NCBI GenBank assembly: GCA_964036045.1
Contig: OZ038378.1
Coordinates: 146,072,001-146,136,000 of the forward strand
DNA from: Eutreptiella sp. 'Long Island Sound 2002'
Taxonomy: Eukaryota > Protista > Euglenida
Reading direction: 5' to 3'
Length of the DNA: 64,000 nucleotides
Shown here: positions 12,690-23,166 of the stretch, in pieces
Layout: the number at the start of each line of letters is the position of its first letter
How positions within the stretch are numbered: position 1 is the stretch's first letter
Notes under the pieces: model-generated
Seen by the model: the letters and a program-made list of their open reading frames with translations, nothing else
Database searches by the model: none
Told to the model about the DNA's origin: nothing
Position numbers and translations under genes: made by a program

Positions 12690-13010
12690 CACGCCACAGA
12701 ACGCGGGTTCGAGCCCAGGTCACGGTTGGCCTGCCGTGGAGCCGTCGCTTTTGTGATTCTGGGATGCCTGCCTAACCGACCGGATGGGGGGTGTAGGCTT
12801 GTAGGCTTATCCAAACGGGCCAAGAAACATTCGATAGCCGCTGACTGCGGTGGGCTCAAGGCAACATTGGGCCCATGTTTGAGGGGTACTGCAAAGCAGA
12901 ATGTCAAACATTGAACTGCAGTTTGTGGCGATGACCATATGCCTGTGACACGGGGGCATATGTGAGCTCTGTATCCGTTGCTTTATGGCCGAAGAAAAAA
13001 CAGTATCATT
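12690..13010 (+). mobile_element. Dispersed SINE-like repeat, copy 1 (others at ~32140-32450 and ~35705-35790)
   Basis: Shared blocks gcgggttcgagccc (B-box-like), ccaagaaacattcgatagccg, ctcaaggcaacatt and atgaccatatgcctgtgacacggggg..gagctctgtatccgt. Confidence 0.65.
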
Positions 13011-13321
13011 CATCCGTGACCCTCCAGTATTGGACATATGTTCAACAATGTTCGCCAAAAACCAAAAACCCATGATGCCATGTTGCATGGAAAAGACAAC
13101 TCAAGCACAGACATAAAAAGCACCCCCCCCCCCCCATGAAATTACCATCCTGCACATCCTTCTCCCCAGGCATGGGCTAAACACCCGTCACCAAGGCCAT
13201 TGACGGGTTGACGGGTTGGTCCAAGAAAGTTTGTTTTTTTCCTGTTTTGAATGTTTTTGGCGGTTTTTTGTAGCACAAAAAGGTGCCAAAGGCCCATTCT
13301 TGGGGGGTTGGGGCAGGGGAC

Positions 13322-13891
13322 CATGTGCTATGTGGCCGTGTTGTCCCAGATGACCATGGCCCCGGGGTCCACGTCCTGCCAATGGACGGTGACGTGCGGC
13401 TGGTGCCGTAGCGCCGCGCTCACCCGATCGAAGACCTCCCGGCACTCCGCCTCGGACAGCCCCGCGCCGGTGATGTAGTTGGTGAAGCACGGGTTGATGA
13501 GCAGGTGGGGCTTGCTTGTGGCGGGGTGCTTGATCACCGCCGGGTGGGTCGCCCGATCGTCGCCGTACGTGGCGGCGTCCGGCTTTGGGCGCTCCGAGTT
13601 GATGTCCTCGGTGCCGGGGCGACCGACCCGCGAGCAGCCGGTCTCCGGGTTGTGGTGGCCCTCCATGTGCAGCAGCACCTCCCGCAGGTCCTTGTACAGG
13701 CTGAGGTACGCCGCGTTCGTGTCCATGACCTTCGTGCCCCCCCCGAAGGGCGGGATGACATGCACGCACAGCAGCCCCGCCCGCGGCGGGTTGGGCCGCT
13801 GGGTCATGTCGCTGTGCCAGAGCAAGGGGTCCGGGCCAGCCCCCGGGCCGCCGGTGGGCGGCTGCTGGGGGAGAGCCTCAGGTGCCACACT
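13322..13891 (-). CDS. Exon of a TauD/TfdA-family Fe(II)/2-oxoglutarate dioxygenase, with an in-frame TAG (possible pseudogene)
   Basis: LLWHSD (HxD ligands), PPFGGGT, HPAVIKHPATSKPHLLINP and GAMVIWDNTAT*H; GC3-rich. Acceptor ccctgcacAG at 13893-13892 and a GT donor at 13321-13320 right after H-M. Flanking exons not identified. Confidence 0.8.
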
Positions 13892-14281
13892 CTGTGCAGG
13901 GGAGACTCAGCGGCCACACACACCCTGTCATGCAGGTTGTGTTTGCTGACAGGTGTTTGAATTTTGACAGTGGGGTCCAATCCACCCATGGCAAGCGCGA
14001 CTGTAACTCCCCGCATACTGGACCGTGCTTGACATTTTTCTCGACTGTGTCACTTGCAGTGGTCCACCTCTTCAAATAAAGCAGAGAAATGCATGAATGA
14101 ATGCTGAATTTTCCTAAAGAAATGGACACAAAAAAACTATTCCAATGAAATATTGCAGCAAGTTGTCACTCTGTGCCAAAAAACTTGCCTGAAAGACACT
14201 TTTCGCATGGAACTATAAAATCAGTCACCAAGAGGGTATTTTGTAGCAATTTCGATGAAATGCAACAACGTTTGCTAACAG

Positions 14282-14343
14282 CTGAAGGCAAGAACACCAG
14301 CGGGTCAGAAAAAGGTGACGTCGGCGCTGTACTGCACGATCAG
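14282..14343 (+). other. Possible short 5' (UTR) exon upstream of the BTB gene
   Basis: Acceptor-like ttgctaacAG (with ctaac) at 14280-14281 and donor-like CAG|GTCAGT at 14344; downstream acceptors at 14514-14515 and 14532-14533 lie just before ATG 14535. Signals only. Confidence 0.3.
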
Positions 14344-14534
14344 GTCAGTGGTTGCAAGGGTGGGTGGGTGGGTGGCGCCCAGTGAGTGCGAGCAACTTGA
14401 CTATCGTCAGAAAGATGGTCACGTCAACCTCGTTCAAAATTCGTCACCGACCCGTGGGGTCATGCCTTTGACTCCTGTGCAAGTGCCCACTTGCACATGC
14501 CGCCTCGCGTTTTAGACCCCCATCGTGGTTCAGC

Positions 14535-16832
14535 ATGGCCACAGAATTGACGATGGGTGCCTCGGAGGCGTTCTGGTACAACCGCGAGCTCGCGAACCCG
14601 GTGCTTCAAGTGGTAGTCTTTGCGCCAGGGAGTCGGGATGCTGAGGGACTACAACTTTTGACGCTGTCCGACGGCTTGTACTACTTCGAAGGTCGGCTTG
14701 CTTCCTCGTCCGCGTCCTACTATCTCAGCTACTCCCTAGAGCTGGGCTGCTTGATCCGTCTGAAACGATTTTGCAACCCGGTGTGCCCCACTGCTGGGGC
14801 CAGGGAGCTTGCGATCGATGAATACGAGGTCGTTTCACGGCCCAAAGAGCTTCTGGGCAATCCGCAGCCCGTCACAATCCTGCCCCCCAGGCCGCAGGAC
14901 GTGCCTGCGCCGTCCGGCCCTGAGGCGTGTCTAAGTGACGAGGCCGAAGGCCTCTTGAGCAGACTCCTGGCGCTAAAATCGTCCTGGTCGAGTGATAGGC
15001 AGCCGCTCGAGCAAGCGGTGGATGCGTTGCGCGCTCAGCTGCTGAAGGAGCGCCGGGAGCAGCAGGCCGCCCAGCAGCAGGCTCAGCGGCTGCTGCTGTC
15101 CGCGATCGACACCAGCGATGTGACCGTGCGCTCCTCCGACGGCCACTGCATCCCGACCCGCCGGGCGGTCCTGTCGAGGGCCGAGGTCCTCCAGCGGATG
15201 CTGGCCTCTCCGCTGAGCGAGGGACAGGCCGCCGAACTCGAACTCCCGAACGTCGACGGTTTGAGCCTTCGGTATCTGATCGCAGCCCTCCAGACTGGTC
15301 CCGACGCCGCGGTGCCCCTGCCCGCGGAGCCGGAGCGGCTGGGGCTGCTCGTCGAGCTCGCGACGTTCTACGGCATCCCGTGGCTTGCGACGCAGGCGGT
15401 CGATGCCCTGCCCACCGGCCAGTGGGACGTGGATGCGGAACTTTCTCCGTTGGTCTTCCTCGGCATCGCGGAGAAGCATTTGGCCAGTGACGACGACGAG
15501 CGCCAGCGGGCCGTGTGGGAGCGCGCACAGAGCGCCGCGGTCTCTGCGATCGGCAGTCGCCTGGAGGACGCGCTGGTGCTGCCGGATTTCGCGAATGTCA
15601 GCCTCGGGGGTTTGGACCGCATCGCGCGCGCGCTCGGGGACGCCGGGGCCGCGGGGCCCTGGCTCAGCTGCCGGGGCCGGGCTGGGGAGTCCGGGGCCGT
15701 GGAGTTCGACGCCGAGGCGTTCCACGGGGCGTTCGGCGCTGACGGCGACGTGCTGGACGTCCACATCCGCGGCGTCCCCCCGCACCCCGTCATCGATGGC
15801 TGTTGCATCTTCGCGGCGCGCGTGGAGGTGCAGTGCGAGGGGCAGGCCCTGGTCGTGGCCACGCACGAGGGCGCTCTCTGCAGCACCGCGCAGACGCTGC
15901 GGACCGGCTTCTCGGGGCTGGAGCGGCGGTCGCGTCTGAAGGCCCCGGCCCCGGACGAGTACGTCTTGAAGGTCCGGCTGGCGCCCCTTGAGCGCCAGTG
16001 CCGGGCCATTATGACGTGGGCCCGCGGCAACCTCCCCGGCCCCCCTCGCGACCTCGTCGGGACTGTGATGGGCTTGGCCGGTCTCGGGCCCGACGCCGCC
16101 GCGCTGCAGCCGCTGGTCTCGGACTACATCGCACGGGCGTTCTGCCACTTGGACCGGGACCGCCTCTGCGTGCTGCCCGCTCCGCTTCTGCGGCACATCA
16201 TCGAGCAGGACGCGGTGAACACGGGGGCCCGGGGGGAGATCAGTGTGGCTGAGCTGCTGTTTGCGTGGGCTGAGCACCCGGCGGGACCGGGGGTCGGCCA
16301 GGAGGCGACGCGGGAGGTCCGGGGACGGGAGGGGCAGCGGGACGGGGAGGGCAGTGGGGTGGAGGCGGGGGCGGGACACGACAGCGTTGCCGAAGAGGGC
16401 AAGGCGGCGGGGGCAAAGACGACAGGCGCCACGAAGCACTTTAGAACGCATGACGGGGGTGACGGTGAAGCGCTGTCGCAGGGGCAGGGGCGCCAGGAAG
16501 ACGAGCGAAGGCGCGTGCCGCAGGAGGGGGCCGTTGTGGACCGATGGGCTCAGCTGCCGGAGTTGCTGCGGTGCCTGCGGATGCAGTTCATATCGATTGA
16601 GCACTGGCGTGACCGCGCGCGGGCCTTTCAGTACTTTTGCCGGCATCCAGACTTCCGGCCCCTGTTCCTGGGGGCCGTGGAGATTCAGGCCGGGAAGCGC
16701 AAGCGGGACCAAGAGGCGGATGGCCGTAGCCGGAAGCGGGTGTGCCTCAGCAGCATCCCGAGGATAGCAAATCCGTTGGAGGCCATGTTCGACCTTGTGG
16801 CTTCCGCAGGGACGTCTTCTGAATGCCCTTGA
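14535..16832 (+). CDS. Intronless 765-aa protein: RPA70 N-terminal-like OB fold, coiled coil, BTB/POZ, BACK-like region, C-terminal basic NLS-like motif
   Basis: ATG-to-TGA ORF with strong GC3 bias. NPVLQVV..LLTLSDG..L..GCLIRL..EYEVV..LLGNPQPV resembles Rep-A_N; SDVTVRSSDGHCIPTRRAVLSRAEVLQRMLASPLSEGQAAELELPNV resembles BTB; LCVLPAPLLRHIIEQDAV..EISVAELLFAW and LLRCLRMQFI resemble BACK; GKRKR..RSRKRV. Confidence 0.8.
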   Translation: MATELTMGASEAFWYNRELANPVLQVVVFAPGSRDAEGLQLLTLSDGLYYFEGRLASSSASYYLSYSLELGCLIRLKRFCNPVCPTAGARELAIDEYEVVSRPKELLGNPQPVTILPPRPQDVPAPSGPEACLSDEAEGLLSRLLALKSSWSSDRQPLEQAVDALRAQLLKERREQQAAQQQAQRLLLSAIDTSDVTVRSSDGHCIPTRRAVLSRAEVLQRMLASPLSEGQAAELELPNVDGLSLRYLIAALQTGPDAAVPLPAEPERLGLLVELATFYGIPWLATQAVDALPTGQWDVDAELSPLVFLGIAEKHLASDDDERQRAVWERAQSAAVSAIGSRLEDALVLPDFANVSLGGLDRIARALGDAGAAGPWLSCRGRAGESGAVEFDAEAFHGAFGADGDVLDVHIRGVPPHPVIDGCCIFAARVEVQCEGQALVVATHEGALCSTAQTLRTGFSGLERRSRLKAPAPDEYVLKVRLAPLERQCRAIMTWARGNLPGPPRDLVGTVMGLAGLGPDAAALQPLVSDYIARAFCHLDRDRLCVLPAPLLRHIIEQDAVNTGARGEISVAELLFAWAEHPAGPGVGQEATREVRGREGQRDGEGSGVEAGAGHDSVAEEGKAAGAKTTGATKHFRTHDGGDGEALSQGQGRQEDERRRVPQEGAVVDRWAQLPELLRCLRMQFISIEHWRDRARAFQYFCRHPDFRPLFLGAVEIQAGKRKRDQEADGRSRKRVCLSSIPRIANPLEAMFDLVASAGTSSECP

Positions 16833-17899
16833 TCACCGGTGGTTCGCAAATCCGTGAGTCAGTGCATGGCAGGAGCGGAAGGGGAAGGGAAGGGGTGGGG
16901 GGGCGGGTGAGGATCTCGTGTGGGAGTCGTTCTTTCGCTCAACACGTGGACAACACACGTGCGCACACACCCGCACACACGCCTGTGCCAGAGCTCACCA
17001 CGCACAATGATCCCAAACACATGACTTTTCTCCAAGCGACCCCCCCACCCACCCACCAAACACTCAAGGGGCTGCGGTGAGTGTGATGTCCTCTGGCAAG
17101 CCTCACCAGTCTCAATACCTGGTCCTGTGGTCTATTGGCTCGACCCTGACCTCGTGTCTCTGACATGACGTGTGACATCATGTCTCGGACTGTGCACCAC
17201 TGCCTGTGTGTCTCCGACACCATGGCACATTGTGGGACCTGCTGTGGCTGCCACTTCTTGTGGGTGAGCGCAGATACTCCACTGACTGCTTGCGCAGCGC
17301 CTCAGTGCCCCCGGTTAGGGCCATCCATGAATTGACATGGTTGTGTATGCATGTGTGAATGTGCATCGGCATGTGCCGGGCTTCGCTGCGCCTGGGTCGC
17401 CCAGGGTCTGCGGTGGCCTTGTAGCCCCGAGTCCAACACGGGGGAGCCTGAGACAACCTGACAGGTCTGCCCCGGGGAAGGCTCAAGACTCAAGGCTCAA
17501 GACTGGTGGTGGACACACACCCAACCCGACCCAACCCGCCCAAACACGTGAATTTCCATCACCGGCAATTTTCTGCCCCTCCACAGATGATGAACGACGA
17601 TCGCGAAAAATGTTGCGGCAAAGAACCGCGTTTGTGAGGCTCAGTATCCCGCACTTATCTCCGGCCTGAGGCTCAAATTCCCACAAATTGGGGGTGCTAG
17701 GACAGGCGCAGGTAAGAAAAAGCTGTTCATCTGGGACCCACTGCACTCCGACTGCACCGTAACGGGCTGCAGCCTGTCCCCCTGTAATTTCTGGGTTGTG
17801 CACATCACTCAACACCTTCCTTTGCTGTGCACTGGCTGGGCACAACGAGCATAGGAACCCGCATGAGCACTGGTACACCCTTCTTGGAACCATAAGCCC

Positions 17900-20800
17900 C
17901 AACAGCTTTAAGAAGGTTGCCAGCCACCCTCTTCGGGGTGCAAAACCGACTGCCCTCGGATTTCAGTGTTGGGCCGGAATCCAGAAATGAAAGTTCTTCG
18001 TGATTGCTGAATCGATTGTGCCTTTCGGATTTTTTTTGTTAGCGGGTGCTAAAAAGGGACAATGTCTCTGTCTAGGCTCCACACAGTGTCAAACGGGACA
18101 ATGCTTGAAAAAACGCATCTTTCCACCCTTTTTTTGACCCCAGTGTGGGGACATTTGTGCCTACCTCCAATGGCTTTGCTGGATTGTGAGGGAGACCTTG
18201 GAAGACAGGTTTAGAAGATAGAAACCCAGACAAAAAATTCAGTTCGCATCGCACAGGTAGCCACACGGACCCCCAACCCCCCCACGTCATGGGTGTGTGC
18301 AACACATCCACAGCAATATCCCGGGGAAGCAGGAGCAGACTGCAGAGTACATCATTCATGGGTATCTGTAAATCAGATATTACAGAGGGAGGCAGGGCTG
18401 AGCCCTTTGCAACAGAGTCCAAGATAGCAATCAAATAGGCCATGGTCGCACGCAAAGCCAAGAGCAGATTAGGCTGGGACCGCCGTACAAAAGTGCGCAG
18501 AGTCCGAGACCTCTTCATAAACCGAAGAACTAATTCCGGGGACGCCGCCTGGGGTTCCAGGGTGATTCCCACTATCACAGGCACGTCCCGTGAGGCAGAT
18601 ACAGGGGTACTATGCACGTCAAGAACTCCGGAGCCCCACTGTACCTCCCCTCCTGCTTGCACCCCGAGGACCGTGTATGCCATTTTCGCCTGGTTGCTCG
18701 GGGCGCAGGCATCACCAGACAGGATGTGAGCTACTGTGGCGACTCGTGAAGCCTCCTCAGCCACCACCACATATTTATCCATTCCACCCCATTTTTTCTC
18801 CAATTCCCCCGCATTTCCCCCGATTTCCCCCATTTTTCCTCGGGAACCTTTCCTAATGCACCCCCTGCCCCGCTGCTGCCCTATTACCAACAAAAACCTT
18901 GTTTTTTGTGGCATTTCAGCCCATAATTTCCCCATTTTTCTATGGAGCATCCAACATTTTCCCCATTTCCCCCAATTTCCCCCCATTTTCCTAAAATCAG
19001 CCCACTTTGACGATAGTGTGCCGGCAGCGTCGCACAAACGGTTAGTTCCGAGCCCTGAACCAGGCCTAGCGTTCCAGACTTGGACAGTGTGGAGACCCAG
19101 GTTTTTGTTATTTATTTGGTGTCATTCTTGTGTTGTTGGACGCTCTGAAGGATTTTCAAAATGATGCATTTGGAGGTTTTGGAAGTGGCACGACTCAAGA
19201 AAGTGGGAAACATTAAATGGCGTAGCTGAAGATAAACCCAAATGCATGGCGGTAGCACTTCCAGTTTTCATTGCAGTGCCCAAATTATTCCTCCTCACTT
19301 CCAACATCGCTTTTTCCGTATACCCTCACCATTTTCTGTCCTCACCATCTCTCCTCCTTTCTTTCCTCACCTATCCCCCCAAAAGCACCCGTGCGACCAA
19401 ACCATCGCCTATCATCCGAAAAAGTGAACTCAAACGAAGGCACACCAGGCTGGATCCACCAGCCCTCACTAAGAGTCTGCAGATGGCGAGAACACAGAAC
19501 CCCTAGATCTGTGTAAGCCGTAGCTGCGAGGGTACATCCCTGCGCAAATCCCAATTCGGGAGTGGTGGGGGGAGCAAGGCCACAAATAGTCCAAAGTCTG
19601 ACCTGCTGTCTCCCGTAAAAACTCCTTGCCCAGTCACCATAATTGCACTACCCAGGCAAAATCAGGCAAGAGTAAAGAGCTACATCGTCGCGCACCGGCA
19701 TGTCAAATGCCCCTGATTCATCCCCATCAACAATGTGGCATTCACCAGTTTCCTTGAGTGACAACGCCACTGTAGCCCTCGCGGACAAAGCCATGTAAGC
19801 AAGACACAGCTCTTTTCGATACGAAAACATACCCGCACACCACGTACCCAGAGCCTCCCCACGGGTGACCACATCATCATGCACAACCCCCGCAAAGAGT
19901 CTACTAAAGCTAGACCCCATTTTGATCGGGCGATAAGAATTGAATAGATACAGTTTCTCCCCCCTTTCATTATACCGATCTGGAGAATAACATTGGACAG
20001 AGCCCCCTCGTGCAAAGAAAGTAGTTTGGAATAATGCAACAATGGACCCATAGCGCAGTGGGGCAGCCCCTGAAGCAGAGAGAACGGAACATCGTCCAAT
20101 GAGGCGGCATTGGAGCCACCGCGATCTAGACCCTTTGTAATGGCTTTAGTGGTAAAAAGAGGCTCTTTGGGCTGGGATCTAATTGCAAATGCATAGCGCT
20201 CACGATTTGTGGACCAGGTCACATCCTGAAGCTGACAAAATAGAATGGCATAAGGCAAATCATCAGAGACACAGAGACGTTCGTGGGGCCGAGCTTTAAA
20301 TATCAGCACTGGCAAATTCATACACTCACCTTTAGACAGGTGATAGAAACGAAGCTGCTGTCGGGCCAAAGAAAGGAGTTCTGATGCGTCCTTGCCTGAG
20401 GAGTCCTCAACAAGATTGGGGTACGGTTGAGGCATGCTGCGCCGAAGAAGTAAAGCGGAAGTGGTATAGGAAGTAATCAAGACCTGATTCAGAATTTCTT
20501 GAGTCAACTTCAAACCACGTGCAAACAAATGATCCTGAACTGCCGCTTTCTATGCTGAGATATCCGTCTGATGGACCTGCTTCCTAGCCGTTTGACAACC
20601 TTTTGTCATTAGACCCTCAGCACTGTGACGCAGAGATTGGGAAAACAAGAAACGATCGGCAAGAACCCAATATGCATGAATCCAATCATGGGGGGGGGGG
20701 ATACTTGACTCATCCACCACCAAAATACAGCCACAAGGCAAGCAAGTGAACTCATAGTTTCAGGTGCAGTAACCCTATGTTTGTACCGTTTCTGAAAGGA

Positions 20801-21000
20801 GGATGCAGTACCACGTACACCACGCACCTCAACTACTAGAACTCCATGGATATAGACTCCTGGGTAAACACGAAAATCTTCTACAGAAAGCAGACGAGAA
20901 ACAAGAATATAATATATCTCTGTCTCAGTCACACCTGAAGCAGAATGTACAATGTTAGTGAACTGGCCCGGAAGATACTCTAATTTCATTTGATCCAATG
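17900..21000 (-). mobile_element. Decayed LINE-type retrotransposon ORF2 (RT motifs), interrupted by a purine-rich repeat
   Basis: In minus-strand order: IVDGDESGAFD (~19702-19730), GFAQGCTLA (~19530-19552), FSDD (19411-19422), HLG, and VLHTPMTWGGWG (~18280-18310). Multiple frameshifts; a gggaaaatggggg repeat occupies ~18775-19000. Confidence 0.7.
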
Positions 21001-21116
21001 CCCCTCCCCTTTCTAGTTGACGTGCAATATTGTTTCTGTATGTCTACGGAATGGGTTGCCTCTGGCGAGGCAATCACCTACCGCATTACAGACCATCTTG
21101 GGTGAATGTGTATGAG

Positions 21117-22516
21117 CTATGGGCTAATGCCTTCATGTGAGGCCACCTTGAGGGGCCGCCGTTTGTATGCATTGGATGATGAAGGGAGGTTCATTCCCAC
21201 AGGGGACATCTTGCAGAACATATGTCTTACCTCAAGATCCACTGCGCACCGGTGGCTCCCGTGGGTGGGGCGGGTTGACCGGGGGGGCTGCTCCACGTCG
21301 CCCCACAGCCGCCCAAGCACCAGGCGCGCGTTCGGGTTGAAGGCCATTTCGGACGCCGGGATCAGCAGCATCTTGTGCTCCCAGAGGCTGGTCTTCACCT
21401 TCTGTAGGCACTCGGGGTGTGTGACGTCCAGGTGCTTGACCATACCCCCCACGGGGTGTAGGGGCTAGATCTGCAAAGCCCCGCGGACCCCGTCACCAAG
21501 TTGACGAACCCCGGATTCGTCCTGGGGCCGATCTTGGCCTCGTAGTCTACAATCTCCTGCTGGACCTTGGCGTGGGCCTCGTTGTCGAGCCGGGTGAACT
21601 GGTAAACGGTCCCCTCGCCATAGTACTCCCTGGCTTTGTAGACCTTGGCCACCAGAGCGGCGCCGTTGTCCTCCTCCAAGACCTTCGCCACCTTGGAGAG
21701 GAACACATCTTGTTCCACCGCCGTCATGTACGCAAAGCAACCCTCGGACACCCTCCACTCGGGGTTAGCGCCTTGGCAATCTCGTCCCGGGCCTCCGGGG
21801 TCCAATGCGAGCCGTCCGGGATGGTCATGTCGTTCAGCCTAAAGCCCAAACTGGCAGCCAACCGAAGGAGGCTGTGCTTGTTCTTGGGAGTATGCTCGAA
21901 GCACGTCCAACGATCGTCTTCAGCAAGACGCTCCCGCACATTGTCCTCCATCAACCTGAAGGTCCAATACGAGTGGCGGTGCTGGGTCCAACGCGTGACA
22001 GTGACAAGCAGTAGTCCTCCGGGTCTCAGCACTCGCTTTGCAAAGCCTGTTCCATGGAGCCACGGATGGGCTTCGGCAGATGGTGAAGCACTTGGCTCAG
22101 TACAACAACATCAAAGGCCCCATCGTCAAGCGGCAGTTTGAGCACGTCACCCACGCCGAAGCGCACCCCATCCCTCCTTGGCTCTCCTTGGCCATCTTAA
22201 GCATATCGGGGCTGTTGTCACAACCAATGACGTCTGCCTCTAGGAATGCATCAGCCAGCTGCTTGCTGAGCAGGCCCGTGCCACACCTTGCGTCGAGGAT
22301 CTTGAGTTTGCTGGGAAGGTCGGCCCGCTTAATCATGCTGGAAATAACCTCTGCGCCATACGGAGCCCTGACTGTCATGGAACTCTTCGCTGCAGTCTCG
22401 CCATAGGCGGAGGGCACCTGGCTGCCAAAGCAATGCGTCACCGTGGGCGGTGGCGGGGCCTCCGCCTCCTGCACCGAGGCCAACATGGCTTGTTGCATCA
22501 GGGCATCATCATCCAT
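21117..22516 (-). pseudogene. Intronless, frameshifted UIM-like + class I SAM methyltransferase gene
   Basis: MDDDALMQQAMLASVQEAE (UIM-like), KILDARCGTG (motif I with G>R) and VIGCDNSPDML; then after successive frame changes VRFGVGDVLKLPLDDGAFDVVVLSQVLHHL, RVLRPGGLLLV and further open segments ending at 21117. Confidence 0.75.
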
Positions 22517-23166
22517 GTGGGCCCCGGGTGGACCCAGACTCACATTGAAGCCTGATGGAAAGCAATTCCACATATGCGTGCTCACTTCAGAGGGAATGTT
22601 TGTACGGCAACACACACGACAGACCCAGTGACGACTTTTCTATTGGATTTGTGTGGTATTTTTGTCCGCAAATGTGACCTTAGGGATCCAAAGGGCGAAC
22701 CAGCAAGGGCATTGCTTCCACAGGGTCATTAGATAGAAGCAGTAGTAGGACCACAACTGGGGGGAGGATGGCTTTCCTGGGCTTGTCAAGGGGGCATGGC
22801 AGGGGAATGGGAATGCGGATGGAAAAGAATGGAACTTGAATTTGAGGGATGCCAAAACTCTGCACTGTGCTAAGAAACTAACCTTAAAATAAACACAGTG
22901 TTGCTGTTGCCCTTGCCAATGCCCTAACATTGTCATCACTAGTGCCGCCCCTAGGGCCCCCAACGATTACGGGCCCAACCTCCGCCTCATGCAGCACGCC
23001 GTCACGATTGGTGCGGGCGCACCTCAGGCATATTGTTGAGTGCCGAGCTTGTGTAGAAGAAGAAGAAGCGCATGCGCCAGAAGTGTAGCTGCGATTGCGG
23101 AAGGGCACGGTGTAGGACTCGCTCCCTCCCGCACCCCCGCCGTACCTGGACAGGGAAAAGGAGGTG

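Noticed and set aside
14973-16712. 579-aa minus-strand ORF (likewise 9987-11081)
   Set aside because: Antisense shadows of GC3-rich genes; no motifs.
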